A DNA stretch of 64,000 nt from Acidobacteriota bacterium (GCA_965217775.1 CBDCJH010000002.1:2976001-3040000), one strand, 5' to 3'. Positions 10,201-20,033 are shown, counted from the stretch's first letter. The notes: generated by a model from the letters alone, not told the origin. Translations and numbers: made by a program.

Positions 10201-10315
10201 CACTGATTGCGGTGAGGCAGGCGATTGCGACGAGTAGGCGGGCCTCGTGCCATTTTTTCAATTTTTGCTGTCCTTGATTCAGCTTAACAACCGGGCATAT
10301 CGTTCGCGATCTCAT
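7208..10315 (-). CDS. TonB-dependent receptor, Oar-like with carboxypeptidase-regulatory-like N-domain
   Basis: VTDQTGSVIPGAEV, ENVFYIDGVDTT, AEFGGAMGGV, TKSGSNDFHG, C-terminal RFGVRFVF. True start may lie slightly downstream. Confidence 0.9.
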   Translation of the reverse strand: MRSRTICPVVKLNQGQQKLKKWHEARLLVAIACLTAISAPVAAQQQFGGLRVLVTDQTGSVIPGAEVEFGGKVLIRPVFGVSDDHGLVIGNSLPPGNYTVIIRFPGFQTAVNEEVVVQAGRIFSVEMALEVGQLDSTIVVEAGQAAIDTFKSESAAIYAGQGITDAPGGRDFSDYARFTPSVNIEALAGNVTYRGQDVRGISVDGSSGAENVFYIDGVDTTSMYNGLNNQNLRVETVQEFQLKTAGYEAEFGGAMGGVLSIRTKSGSNDFHGSILWYGSGSALAGAPSKRLRLDPAQSADVAEYVFDAEDDEAINEFGFTLGGPIWRDRIWFFGALLPQIRNRTRSVTFTSGETGDFRRQDRLRSTTAKIDFQPADRVRFMTSYVADRSRWKGGLPDRDGTSNPNYEWAEEGFEHPGYTVTGAMTITPSPVLIVDARWGLNAIQTEQLLGPNQVRHRFLQTPGLIGYAPDHPRYRPRGFSSIGHSASYNTSQDFQKKSTLSLSGSYLATLAGQQHDLRFGWQFNGLAHDVNDAYKFDYILYNYTRPYNTVDGNVRTSTCTGPDGVRYDPCGYYELRTPFGVVANVVTHRHALFFQDAWTINGSLTLNLGLRFEHEEIPSFSDLPEFSGAVFKWGFLDKTAPRLGFAYDLLGNAKVKLFGSWARFYDAMKLEMANGSFGGFKWLSHYYLMDDTTLDWTRIGGLSGQGDYPGTFVETRNWRLPSFEDLDPDLKPMRMTGVVAGVEVEAATDYVVSVRYTRKNLDEAIEDVGRQTRAGEAYYITNPGRGLSVDRFLEAGLPVTPHPKRTYDAAEFRLRKSIRDHWFADVAYVYSRLYGLYSGLGSSDENGRLSPNVDRDFDLWFLNYDSSGNLIDGPLGTDRTHQLKVNWMVLTPWDMAVSGFFRAMSGTPITRTADLEHVDVMVNNRGSDGRNPFWTQTDLSLVQRFYPFPDETRSFEINFNVINLFNQKTGLRTFRSLYRQSLPLWQPGDPVSQVLNGYDYRAIAASQGAARDPRFLQQDRFLDPIAARFGVRFVF

Positions 10316-10452
10316 CCTTGACTCCGGTGACCGGCCGGCTCCGGCCGAGCTGCCGCGGGCCCATCGCAGGACCGGCCGCGGACCGTGGCGGAGCGTGTCG
10401 GCAGCGTAGTAGACTGGGCGGCAGAACCCAAGACCTGGGACGGAGGAACCTT

Positions 10453-11952
10453 ATGACCTCTCGAATTCACCGCCGAGAATTCCAGAAAAGACTGACCTTG
10501 CTCCTGGGAGGCGCTTCCCTGGGAATTATCGGCGGCTGCGCTCCTGCCGAGGAGAGTCCATCGGCTCCCGGCGGCCCGAGCCATGGGATCCTGAGCATCA
10601 CTCGGGGAGACGCGGACCTGACGGTTCCCGCGGACGTTCCCGAGGGCAAGAGCTGGCGCTACGGCCTCATCTTTCCGTTCCAGGTCGGTCCGCGCATGGC
10701 CGCCGCCTTCGTCAACATCCGCATCCGCAACGGCGTCATGGCGCCGGCCCGCAGCGGCGACGACTACGAGGTGGGCAACGACGTGGTCCTTTTCGACGAC
10801 GTCACTCGCCCGCCTTCCGCGCCTGCCGTACCCGTCACCCGAAACCACGAAGAGGCCAATCCCAACTCCGATCCCCCCAACCAGCCCGCCATCATGGTCA
10901 AGTACCCCATGAGAGGGGGGTTCGTCCCCCTCGGTGCAAAGAAAACGGACGGTTCGCCCCACCCCCACGCCGGGACCGGGTTCGGGATCGACACCGGCCT
11001 GGCGCGGCGTCCGGGCGACCCCAAGAGCGCCCACGGGGGCGGCATGTACGAGGATGCCGAGCGTTACCAGATCATGGAGGTCTTCCAGTTCAGCTACGAC
11101 GGGGATCAGTTCCGGGTGACCGGCGAGGAGCGAGTCCTCCCCACCGGCCTGGTTTCCGGCTGGAGCATCAGCAACGGCGGCCTGACCAACGCCATCGCCG
11201 ACGGAGACGACCTGCTGGTGGGCATGCACGGATCCAGGGTGGGCGGAACCGGCGACTCGGAGCAACCGGTCTCCGGTGGATCGGGCGTCCAGCGCTGGCA
11301 ACGGACCGACGGCGTCTGGCGTCCCGTCTCTTTCGTCCCGGTAACCGGAACGGACGGGTCCACCGAGCCCAGCCTGATCCGCGACACCGACGGCGACCTT
11401 CTCTTTTCGGCCCGGGGCAAGGGCGGCACCCGTCCCCACGCCATTCGCGTCTGGCGCTCCCGGGACGGCGGGGAGACCTGGAAAAAGATCATCCACGTGG
11501 TGGGAGTCATCTCCAGCTGCCCCATCACCCTGAACCAGGCGGCGGACGGGACTCCCTACATCGCCTCCAACATGTACCTGGTGCCTCTGGACCCCATACC
11601 CAAGCGGTTCCGGATACCGGCCGACGTGGAAGGCCGGGTTCGGGGAGGCGGATGGACCCGGCAGAAGCTGTACCTCTGGCCCTTGAGCGATGACCGGGGC
11701 GGCTTGGAGGCGCCGATCCTGGGCCGCCACTGCAAGGCCGAATTCGGTCCGGCTCCGAGTGGCTCCATGTGGCGAGCGGACCACCCCTCGTCCACCACGG
11801 TTCAACTGGGCGACGGCAACTGGCACAACGTCATGGGTTACCGGATCCATGACGACGTGGAGAGCCACGAACTGCCGTCTCCGCCCCAGACCGGGGCGTA
11901 TCTGGAAGAGGTCATTTCGGCAGGAGAACCGATTCCCACCTGGAAATTCTGA
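10453..11952 (+). CDS. Tat-type exported (lipo)protein, Asp-box/BNR beta-propeller hypothetical hydrolase (paralog A)
   Basis: HRREFQK twin-Arg, IIGGC lipobox-like, RVWRSRDGGETWK Asp-box, EPSLIRD. GGAGG RBS. Confidence 0.7.
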   Translation: MTSRIHRREFQKRLTLLLGGASLGIIGGCAPAEESPSAPGGPSHGILSITRGDADLTVPADVPEGKSWRYGLIFPFQVGPRMAAAFVNIRIRNGVMAPARSGDDYEVGNDVVLFDDVTRPPSAPAVPVTRNHEEANPNSDPPNQPAIMVKYPMRGGFVPLGAKKTDGSPHPHAGTGFGIDTGLARRPGDPKSAHGGGMYEDAERYQIMEVFQFSYDGDQFRVTGEERVLPTGLVSGWSISNGGLTNAIADGDDLLVGMHGSRVGGTGDSEQPVSGGSGVQRWQRTDGVWRPVSFVPVTGTDGSTEPSLIRDTDGDLLFSARGKGGTRPHAIRVWRSRDGGETWKKIIHVVGVISSCPITLNQAADGTPYIASNMYLVPLDPIPKRFRIPADVEGRVRGGGWTRQKLYLWPLSDDRGGLEAPILGRHCKAEFGPAPSGSMWRADHPSSTTVQLGDGNWHNVMGYRIHDDVESHELPSPPQTGAYLEEVISAGEPIPTWKF

Positions 11953-12050
11953 ACCACGCGGCCGTGTGTCCGGATTCCGGGAGCGATCCTCCGTTCGGTT
12001 CCGGGGAATTCGGCAGCCGTGGGATACCGAGGCGACCCAAGGAGGATGAC

Positions 12051-13478
12051 ATGTCCCATCCACTGACGAGACGCAGCTTCGCGAAGGCCATGGGGTTCAG
12101 TCTGGCCGGTTCCGGATGGGCCTCTTCATGGGGTTGCCTGCCGGAGTCACCGCCTTCGCCGGCCCCTTCCGGCGCGGGGACGCTCTCCATGACCACGGGC
12201 CCTCCCGACGTGGCCATCCCTCCCGATCAACCCGCGGACGAGATCTGGCGATACGGCCTGACGTTCCCCTTTCAGGTCTCCTCCGATACCGCGGCCATCT
12301 TCTGCAACCTTCGGGGGCAGTCGGGCCATGATTTCGAAATCGGGACCGACGTCTTCCTCTTCCGGAACCTCTCCGGCCTCCAGGAACGGGAAGCCATCCC
12401 CATCTCCCGCAATCATGAGGAGACGAACCCCCACTCCGATCCCCCGGGACGGCCGGCCATCATGGTCAAGTATCCGGTACGGGGCGGCTTCGTCCCCATG
12501 GGCGCATTGCTGGAGGACGGCTCGCCCCACCCTCACGCCGGAACCGGATTCGGATGCAGCCAGGTCATCGCCTGGACACCGGACCGCAAGGGGGTCTACC
12601 CCGAAGACCAGCGCGAAGACTACATGGAGGTCTACCAACTGGCCTACGACGGCCGGAGATTCGAGGTCACGGCAACCGCGCGGCTGAGGTTCGGCCGGCT
12701 CCTGGACGGCGCGGTGCTCTCCAACCCCGGTATCACCACGGCCATTCCCGACGGCGAGGATCTGCTCTTCGCCATGGGCGGCCAGATCGAACAGGCCCGC
12801 GGTTCGGGACTGACCCGCTGGCGGCGCGGCCAGGAGGGTTGGCGCCCCGTCTCCTGGACGCCCATCACGGGGCCGGACAACGCCTTCGAGCCCAGCGTGG
12901 TCCGGGACCGGGACGACAAGCTCCTCTTCTGCGCCCGGGGCGGCCGTGCGCCCGACTACAACGACGTCCGGGTCTGGCAATCGACCGGTGCGGACGCCCC
13001 GTGGAAGAAGGTCATCCACGTCCGTGGAGTCGTCTCCACGGCTCCCATCGCCATCAACACGAGCCGCAGCGGCGATCCCTATGTGGCCTCCAACCTGTAC
13101 AGCGTCCTGGAGGAACCGATGGTTCCCGGGCACCGTTACCCCCGAGACGAGCAGGGGAACACGCGTCTGGGCGGATGGCTCCGGGAGCGCTTGGCGTTCT
13201 GGCCGCTGGACCAGGAACGGCGGGGGCTGGAGACGCCTCTCCTGGTGCGCCATTGCGCCGGCGATTTCGGGCCGGCTCCGTCGGGCTTCACCTGGGGAGT
13301 GGACCACCCTTCCGCCCATACCGTGCGCCTGGCCGACGGGCAATGGCATGACGTCATCGGCATGCGGATCTGCGATCTGGGCGAGGTCCTTCGAGGAGAG
13401 GCCCCGTCTCCCCATACGGGCGCTTACGTGGAAGAGGTGCTGACCGGAGGAGAGAGCCGGCCCGTATGGCGTTTCTGA
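12051..13478 (+). CDS. Tat-type exported (lipo)protein, beta-propeller hypothetical hydrolase (paralog B)
   Basis: TRRSFAK signal. Shares blocks WRYGLxFPFQV, RNHEExNPxSDPP..PAIMVKYPxRGGFVP, DGSPHPHAGTGFG, TGAYxEEV with paralog A. Confidence 0.7.
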   Translation: MSHPLTRRSFAKAMGFSLAGSGWASSWGCLPESPPSPAPSGAGTLSMTTGPPDVAIPPDQPADEIWRYGLTFPFQVSSDTAAIFCNLRGQSGHDFEIGTDVFLFRNLSGLQEREAIPISRNHEETNPHSDPPGRPAIMVKYPVRGGFVPMGALLEDGSPHPHAGTGFGCSQVIAWTPDRKGVYPEDQREDYMEVYQLAYDGRRFEVTATARLRFGRLLDGAVLSNPGITTAIPDGEDLLFAMGGQIEQARGSGLTRWRRGQEGWRPVSWTPITGPDNAFEPSVVRDRDDKLLFCARGGRAPDYNDVRVWQSTGADAPWKKVIHVRGVVSTAPIAINTSRSGDPYVASNLYSVLEEPMVPGHRYPRDEQGNTRLGGWLRERLAFWPLDQERRGLETPLLVRHCAGDFGPAPSGFTWGVDHPSAHTVRLADGQWHDVIGMRICDLGEVLRGEAPSPHTGAYVEEVLTGGESRPVWRF

Positions 13479-13485
13479 TCATCCC

Positions 13486-14604
13486 ATGAGTGAGATCGAA
13501 CAGGCCTACCGAACGCTCGACCTGAAGCCGGGGGCCAGCATCAAGGAGATCGTGGAGGCCCGGGACGATCTGCTGGTGCTCTGGGACCCGGACCGCTTGA
13601 AATCGCACCCGCGACTCCGGTCCAGGGCCGCCGTCAAGATCCGGGAGATTCACGGCGCCTATCAGCTCTTGATGCAACATCGCGGGCAGGGAGAGGCCGC
13701 GACTGAACGGGAGGCTTCTCCCGGCCTGTCTTTCACCCCCGCCGTGCCGTCTGATCCTGGTCCTTCCGCGGAAGTGTCCGTTCAACCGGTGAGCGGCTCC
13801 GCTTCCCTCTTCGACGAGGTCTTTCGAGACCGGAAGTCCGAGAAGAGACGGCGCCTGCCCATGGGGCCCATTCTGGCGGGAGCGGTGGTGGTTCTATCGG
13901 CGGTCCTGATCCTGTTGGTGATCGGCGGCGGAGAATCTCCGCCAGAGCCGGAGGCGACCAGTCTCCCGGTTCCCGCACCGGTGCCGCCGACCCCTCCCGA
14001 GCCTGCCGGCTCCCCCGTCGAATCCAAGGCCGAAACGTCCGCCGGCTCCGGTCCCGTCAAGGACGTCGAATCCGGTGCCTCCAAGACCCCGGCAGTCTCC
14101 ACTCCCCCGCCCCAACGGGAGATCGATCCGCCTCCCAAAGCACCGGCTCCCGCTCCTCCCGAACCCGCCGTGGCTTCTCCGCCCAAACCGGAAAAGCCCA
14201 AGCCCGCACGGCCACCCCGCCCCGGCGGCCGGCCGCTCCTGGTCCGCGAGACCGACGGCGGGAAGCCGGCTGCCGCCGCCGCACCCCCTGCGCCCGAGCC
14301 GAAGACCTCCGAGGAGGCGGCGGAGGAAAAGCGCCAGTTGGAAGCGGCCGAGAAGGCCTACCGGGATCTGGTCTCGGGGTCGAAGGCCGCGCAACGGCTG
14401 GTGGAAGGACAGGTTCCCAGCCTGCGTTTCACGGAATGGAGCATCGCCGGCCGGAGGGGCTCGGAGCTCCTGGTGGATCTGATCGCCGAACAGTTCGGCG
14501 GGGAACCGGTCCACTTCGTCTGGGGAGTGGACACGGCGACCGGAAAGGTGACGGCATTGAGCCAGGCCGCCCGGGACCTGGAACTGGCAGTCGCCGAAGA
14601 ATGA
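13486..14604 (+). CDS. Membrane-anchored J-domain-like protein with Pro-rich linker (HPD replaced by DPD)
   Basis: AYRTLDLKPGASIKEIVEARDDLLVLWDPDRL...KIREIHGAYQLL, one TM segment, P/A-rich region. Confidence 0.75.
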   Translation: MSEIEQAYRTLDLKPGASIKEIVEARDDLLVLWDPDRLKSHPRLRSRAAVKIREIHGAYQLLMQHRGQGEAATEREASPGLSFTPAVPSDPGPSAEVSVQPVSGSASLFDEVFRDRKSEKRRRLPMGPILAGAVVVLSAVLILLVIGGGESPPEPEATSLPVPAPVPPTPPEPAGSPVESKAETSAGSGPVKDVESGASKTPAVSTPPPQREIDPPPKAPAPAPPEPAVASPPKPEKPKPARPPRPGGRPLLVRETDGGKPAAAAAPPAPEPKTSEEAAEEKRQLEAAEKAYRDLVSGSKAAQRLVEGQVPSLRFTEWSIAGRRGSELLVDLIAEQFGGEPVHFVWGVDTATGKVTALSQAARDLELAVAEE

Positions 14605-14780
14605 CGTGGGAATGGACTATTTTATTTCGGACCGGAGCGGCGGCTTTCTTGCCGCCGAACTCCGGACAAACAGTCACCCAGAAGAGACCCGGCGACCGGA
14701 ACCCGCCGCGCCACGGCGCCCCCACCTCATTCTCGGCAGTAGGGTAATTGGATGACTCCCGAATTTCCCAGGAGACGAAC

Positions 14781-16325
14781 ATGCCGCGCTGGATTCTGAC
14801 TTGCCTGGTCGCAGTACTTTTCCCTGGCTCTTCCATCGCGGAAGCCGGGAAGAAACCGCCGAACCTGATCGTATTCCTGACCGACCAACAGCGCGTGGAC
14901 ACCCTGGGCATCTACGGCAATACGCAGATCCGGACGCCCCACCTGGATCGATTGGCTCAGCGAAGCTTCGTCTTCGACGCCTTCTATGTGTCCAACCCGG
15001 TCTGCACCCCCTCCCGGGCCAGTCTGCTCACCGGCCTTTACCCCCATAAGCACGGTTCGTGGAAGAACAGCATCCCCCTGGATCCCAAGGTCCCCATCCT
15101 GGTGGAAATGCTGCGGGACCCCGAGTACGCCTCGGCCTACTACGGCAAGTGGCACCTGGGGAACGAGATCTTCAAGCAGCGCGGCTTCACCGATTTCGAC
15201 AGCACCGAGATCTATCAGAAGTGGTGGTCCGAGGATCAGGATCATTCCCAGCGCTCCGGCTACTACCACTTCCTGAAGGAGAAGGGGATCGAGGCGGACA
15301 CCCCCTACGGCCACTCCCGCGATCTGACCAACCGTTTGCCCAAGAAACTCTCCAAGCCCGTCTACCTGGCCCAGCGGGGGATCCGATTCCTGGAGCAGCA
15401 CCGCGACCGGCCGTTCGCCCTCTATCTGAGCTTCCTGGAACCCCACGCCTTTGCCGATCACAAACAGGGGCCTCCCTTCACCAACGTCTACGGGGACCTC
15501 TACGACCCCGCCGACATGCCGATCCCAGACTCTTTTCATGAAGAGATGGACCCCACCGTATCCTTCGCCAAACGGCAGATGCGGCTGGCGTTGGCCCGGG
15601 GCGAGCTTCCCATCGCCTATCCCCACACCGTTCAGGAGCTGAGGGAGGCCATGGCCCGCTACTGGGGCCTGGTCACGTTGGTGGACGAAATGGTGGGCCG
15701 CGTTATGGAGCGGCTCCGGGAATTGGGGCTGGAGCAGAACACCATCGTCGTCTTCACCAGCGAGCATGGCGAAATGATGGGCGACCACCGCCTCATGTCC
15801 AAGATGAACAGCTACGAGGAGGCGGCCAAGGTGCCGTTTCTGCTTTCGGTCCCAGGCCTTTGGGACCGCTCCCGGCGCGTCAGGAAACCGGTGAGCCAAG
15901 TGGACGTGACGCCGACTCTTCTGGACCTGATGGGGCAGCCGTTGCCGGACCACCTGCAAGGCGAGAGTTGGGCCGAATATCTGCGTACGGGACGGGAGTT
16001 CCCCGACCGGGACATTCTGGTCGTCAGCGACGAGTTGGGTTACGCCCAGCCCTGGAACGCGCGGCACATCTATCAACACCGGACCCTGATCACACCCGAC
16101 GGTTGGAAGCTCACGGTGAGCTCCGCCGGCGATGGGGAGCTCTACCACCTGGGCCGCGACCCCAAAGAGATGCGGAACCTGTATTTTCTCCCGGAGTATC
16201 AGGATCAGGTTCGGAAAATTTGGGACCGGCTTCGGGCCCGCCAGAAGCAACTCGAGGATCCCGTGGTACTGGACCTGAACCAGCCTTGGCCCCAGCGGAG
16301 GGGCGGACAGCGCAAATTTCCGTGA
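14781..16325 (+). CDS. Sulfatase (S1 family, Cys-type), secreted
   Basis: PNLIVFLTDQQR, CTPSRASLLTG, GKWHLG, FTSEHGEMMGDH. Confidence 0.93.
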   Translation: MPRWILTCLVAVLFPGSSIAEAGKKPPNLIVFLTDQQRVDTLGIYGNTQIRTPHLDRLAQRSFVFDAFYVSNPVCTPSRASLLTGLYPHKHGSWKNSIPLDPKVPILVEMLRDPEYASAYYGKWHLGNEIFKQRGFTDFDSTEIYQKWWSEDQDHSQRSGYYHFLKEKGIEADTPYGHSRDLTNRLPKKLSKPVYLAQRGIRFLEQHRDRPFALYLSFLEPHAFADHKQGPPFTNVYGDLYDPADMPIPDSFHEEMDPTVSFAKRQMRLALARGELPIAYPHTVQELREAMARYWGLVTLVDEMVGRVMERLRELGLEQNTIVVFTSEHGEMMGDHRLMSKMNSYEEAAKVPFLLSVPGLWDRSRRVRKPVSQVDVTPTLLDLMGQPLPDHLQGESWAEYLRTGREFPDRDILVVSDELGYAQPWNARHIYQHRTLITPDGWKLTVSSAGDGELYHLGRDPKEMRNLYFLPEYQDQVRKIWDRLRARQKQLEDPVVLDLNQPWPQRRGGQRKFP

Positions 16326-16368
16326 CTCCGGAGGGAAATCACAGAATGCCGGATCCCGGGCTGAACCC

Positions 16369-17871
16369 ATGAAGGCTCCGGAACGGACTCACCGGAAGCA
16401 TACGGGATTGGTGTTTCTGTGTTCGGTCCTGCTCGCCTCTATTGGTAACGTCTGCGCCGCTTCGTCCGCTCCACCCAGCGTCCTCTGGATCATGCTGGAC
16501 GACGGGCGGGCCGATACGCTGAGCTGCTACGGCCGGCCCTGGGCCGATACACCTCACATGGACCGCATTGCCCGGGAGGGGGTCCGCTTTGAAACGGCCA
16601 TCGTCCAGAATCCGGTCTGCGTCCCTTCCCGGACCTCCATGAAATCAGGCCTCTACGCCCACCAGACCGGAGTCATGGCCATGGGAAAGCCGGCTTCGAC
16701 ACCGGGGCGCTACCGTACTGGAACTCGCCGCGAAACCCCGAATCTTCTCAAGGCCTGGAACAACGCTGGAATCACTCCCGAGAGCGTGGGCAAGGTCCAC
16801 GCCTTCCGCGAGGATTGGCGTCAACTGGGCGATGCTCCCCGCTTTCTGGACAACCGGGGACGTCCTACCTCGCACCTGCCCCCCGAGTGGCACCGCCGTC
16901 TCCTCTCGGTGGTTCGAACCAAGACCCATCAGTGGATGATCGGGGGACTGCTCGACGTTCCCCCCGGCCAGATCCGGACGGCCCGGCTGGGGGACCTGGC
17001 CCTGGGCCGCCTGCGGGAAGTGGTCCGATCGCCGAACCCCTTCTTCCTGCGCGTTTCCTTTCATGCGCCGCACGTCGCCTGTTCCACCACTCCCTCCTAT
17101 TTCGTCGATCCCAGCCGGATCGATCTGCCCCTCCCGACACCCGGGGAGATCCTGGGAAAGCCGCGATACGAACGGGAGAACATCCACGTCTACAGCGGTG
17201 CCCCCCACCTGAGCCGGAAAGAGATCGGGCTGGCCCGGGGCACCTACTACGGCATGATCCGGGCCGTGGACCGGGAGGTGGGAAGACTGCTTGCGATCCT
17301 GGAGCAGGCCGGGCGCCTGCAGGAAACCATCATCGTCATCAACTCGGATCAGGGATTCCAACTGGGGGAACACGGCAACTGGAAGAAACGGGATTTCTAC
17401 GACACCAACGTGAAGGTCCCCTTCATCCTCCGGGCGCCTGGACTGCTGCCTCCGGGGAAGGTGGTGACGGAGCCGGTGGAGATGGTGGACTTCCTTCCGA
17501 CCCTGCTGGAACTGTCCGGTTTCGATCCGCCCGCCGGGATTCGGGGCCGGAGCCTGCTGCCCTTGATCCGGGGTGAGGTCCGGGAATGGCGCCGGGCCTG
17601 CTTCTCGGAACACGATCACGCCGAAGATGCCTACCAGGAACTTCGACGCGGCGGGGGACGGCGGGTGATGGTCCGGACCCGGGAATGGAAACTGGTCTTC
17701 TTCATGGACGAGCGCGTTCCGGAAGAGGACGGGTCCCTCTACCAGCTCCGGAACGATCCCTGGGAGCAGCGCAACCTGTACGGCGACCCCGCCTATGGCG
17801 GCGTGGTGGCGGAACTGAAGCGCATGGCCCGGGAATGGGACCGGGGCGAGCCTCGAAGTCAAAACCGGTAG
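16369..17871 (+). CDS. Sulfatase (S1 family, Cys-type), secreted
   Basis: IMLDDGRAD, CVPSRTSMKSG, NSDQGFQLGEHG. Stop codon lies within a REP GTAG. Confidence 0.9.
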   Translation: MKAPERTHRKHTGLVFLCSVLLASIGNVCAASSAPPSVLWIMLDDGRADTLSCYGRPWADTPHMDRIAREGVRFETAIVQNPVCVPSRTSMKSGLYAHQTGVMAMGKPASTPGRYRTGTRRETPNLLKAWNNAGITPESVGKVHAFREDWRQLGDAPRFLDNRGRPTSHLPPEWHRRLLSVVRTKTHQWMIGGLLDVPPGQIRTARLGDLALGRLREVVRSPNPFFLRVSFHAPHVACSTTPSYFVDPSRIDLPLPTPGEILGKPRYERENIHVYSGAPHLSRKEIGLARGTYYGMIRAVDREVGRLLAILEQAGRLQETIIVINSDQGFQLGEHGNWKKRDFYDTNVKVPFILRAPGLLPPGKVVTEPVEMVDFLPTLLELSGFDPPAGIRGRSLLPLIRGEVREWRRACFSEHDHAEDAYQELRRGGGRRVMVRTREWKLVFFMDERVPEEDGSLYQLRNDPWEQRNLYGDPAYGGVVAELKRMAREWDRGEPRSQNR

Positions 17872-17900
17872 GGGCACCCCTTGTGTGTGGGTGCCCTCCT
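17868..17900 (+). repeat. GTAG-type REP palindrome (family 1)
   Basis: GTAGGGGCACCCCTTGTGTGTGGGTGCCCTCCT, also at 23943, 24181, 46382, 63551. Confidence 0.85.
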
Positions 17901-18026
17901 CGGACCAAATCGGAGCATTGAGACCATTTGACCCACTCGACCCGGAAATGAGGAACGGTGGTACATGGGAGCGGGTTCGGGATATAATCGGGTCCAAATT
18001 TGTACCCTTGGGAGTGTTTCAAATCC

Positions 18027-20033
18027 ATGCAATTGAAACGCCATCTGGCAGGGAGCGTTCTCTGGCTCGCCGTTTGGAGCTTTCAGGGCGCTCATGCCAA
18101 TGACAAGCTCCAGCCCTCGGACCCCGAGTTGCGTTCCCATCACCCTCTGGGCGGGTCCCTGGGATCCCCTTTCCAGATCCGGGTGAGGGGGAAGCGCCTG
18201 CAAGGGGTCGACGCCGTCTGGTTCGAGTGTGAGGACGTTCGCGCCCGGGTCCTGGCGGTGAAGGAGATCGCGGAGACGGGGGACCAGGACGACGACCAGT
18301 ACTACAAGAAGCGGACGTTGGCCCTCTTGGGCCAGGATCAGAAGGAGCCGGAGTTCCTGGCCGTTCTGGAAGTCCAGACCACTTCCAAGACACTTCCCGG
18401 ACTGCATCACTTCCGCCTCGTGCGTCCCACGGGCCTCTCGAACTCCCTGAGCCTCCATCTGCTGGATCGCCCCCTCCGGAACGAAGAGGAATCGCCGCAC
18501 CATCGGCCCTCGCAGGCCCAGGAACTGCGCCTCCCGGCCATCGTCGACGGGACCATCGAGGAGAAGGGAGAACTGGACTACTACTCCTTCGAGGTGGAGA
18601 CCGGCGAGACGTTGGCCTTTCAGGTCCTGGCCGGATTCGAGCTGGGCGTCAATTACTGGGCCCAGACCGAGGTCCGGCTCTACGAGCCCTACCAGAGCTG
18701 GTTCGGGACCGACCGGGCGCGTCCCCTGGTCCTGAAGGGCCCGCACCTGTCCTGGGAGCCGATCCGGGTCCGGAGCTCGTGGTTCGACCGCCGTGACTTC
18801 GTGACCCAGTTTGTCCTGCACCCCCTGTTGGAGCACCGTTTCGAGAAGGCCGGACGCTATCTGCTGTCCGTGGGCACGTTTCTGGGGCGGAGTTCGGACA
18901 ACGGTTACCAGTTGCGGATCGGACCGGCCCGTAACGAGATTGTCTCGCGCCGCGTGATCGGGGCCTTCGGGCAACCGGCCCACGCCGACCCGGCCGACTG
19001 GCTGGAGCGGGATTCCACGACCCTGCGCCAGTTCGGGAGCTTTTACCGGAGACTGGGGCACGATCGGCTGACCGAGTTGAGATCCCGATCCGTGACCGCC
19101 TCCTCGTCTGGAAGCGATGCCTCACCCCCAATGGCCTCCACCCGGGATCACGAGCCCAACGACTCGCCGGAAGCCGCCCAGGAGTTGGCCCTCCCCGGTT
19201 TCGCCGAGGGCCGCATCGACTTTCCCGGCGACGTGGACCGTTTCCGGTTCCGGGTCGCCGCGGGACAGGCGCTGGCGGTCGAGGTCGAGACGCCCCGGCT
19301 CGCTCCCCCCCACTTCAGTCCCTGGCTCAAGGTGTTGGACGCCCGGGGAGAGGTGGTGGCCCACAATATCTACCGGGAATACGGCGGCAACGGCATCGAC
19401 CCCAACAAGTCCATCGAGCGGAAGACACTGCACACCTTCGAGGAGGAAGGGGACTACTGGCTGTTGGTCCGGGACCTGACCGACCACGCCTGGGGAGACG
19501 AATTCCAATATCGGGTGCTGGTTCGGCCGCAGGTTCCCCATGTGGGGCGGATGGAGGTCTCGTTGGGTGTCTTCTCGGTGTCGTCCCAACTCATCGAGAT
19601 GACGGATCGCCTCAACCTGAAACCGGGGGAATCCCGGCGCCTGACCCTGGTGGCCGACCTGGAGGAAGGGTTCGACGGAGGAATCCTGGTGGAAGTCGAC
19701 GGCCTTCCCGCCGGAATGCGCGTCCAAGCCGCCACGCCGGCCAGTTGGAGCGGGCTTTTGGTCCAGGGAATCCAGTATCGGCCGCCGGGCGAACATATCG
19801 TGGACCCCAAGAGCCATCGTCCCAACCGGCGGGCGGTCACGCTGGTTCTGCAAACGGATTCCCAGGTTCAACCGACTTCCCTGCCCCGGTTCCTGAGGAT
19901 TCGGGCTCGGCCCATGTCGGCGAACCGGACCGGCCCCCCGATCATGGCGGGCAGGATTCCTCTTCTGATCCTGGACTCACCTGAGACCGCCGAAGCCGGC
20001 GCCGACCGGCAGGAGGTGGCGCTGGCCCCATGA
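18027..20033 (+). CDS. PPC (pre-peptidase C-terminal) domain-containing secreted protein
   Basis: Signal peptide, two PPC-like modules (GTIEEKGELDYYSF; HEPNDSPEAAQEL..GRIDFPGDVDRFRF). Confidence 0.75.
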   Translation: MQLKRHLAGSVLWLAVWSFQGAHANDKLQPSDPELRSHHPLGGSLGSPFQIRVRGKRLQGVDAVWFECEDVRARVLAVKEIAETGDQDDDQYYKKRTLALLGQDQKEPEFLAVLEVQTTSKTLPGLHHFRLVRPTGLSNSLSLHLLDRPLRNEEESPHHRPSQAQELRLPAIVDGTIEEKGELDYYSFEVETGETLAFQVLAGFELGVNYWAQTEVRLYEPYQSWFGTDRARPLVLKGPHLSWEPIRVRSSWFDRRDFVTQFVLHPLLEHRFEKAGRYLLSVGTFLGRSSDNGYQLRIGPARNEIVSRRVIGAFGQPAHADPADWLERDSTTLRQFGSFYRRLGHDRLTELRSRSVTASSSGSDASPPMASTRDHEPNDSPEAAQELALPGFAEGRIDFPGDVDRFRFRVAAGQALAVEVETPRLAPPHFSPWLKVLDARGEVVAHNIYREYGGNGIDPNKSIERKTLHTFEEEGDYWLLVRDLTDHAWGDEFQYRVLVRPQVPHVGRMEVSLGVFSVSSQLIEMTDRLNLKPGESRRLTLVADLEEGFDGGILVEVDGLPAGMRVQAATPASWSGLLVQGIQYRPPGEHIVDPKSHRPNRRAVTLVLQTDSQVQPTSLPRFLRIRARPMSANRTGPPIMAGRIPLLILDSPETAEAGADRQEVALAP

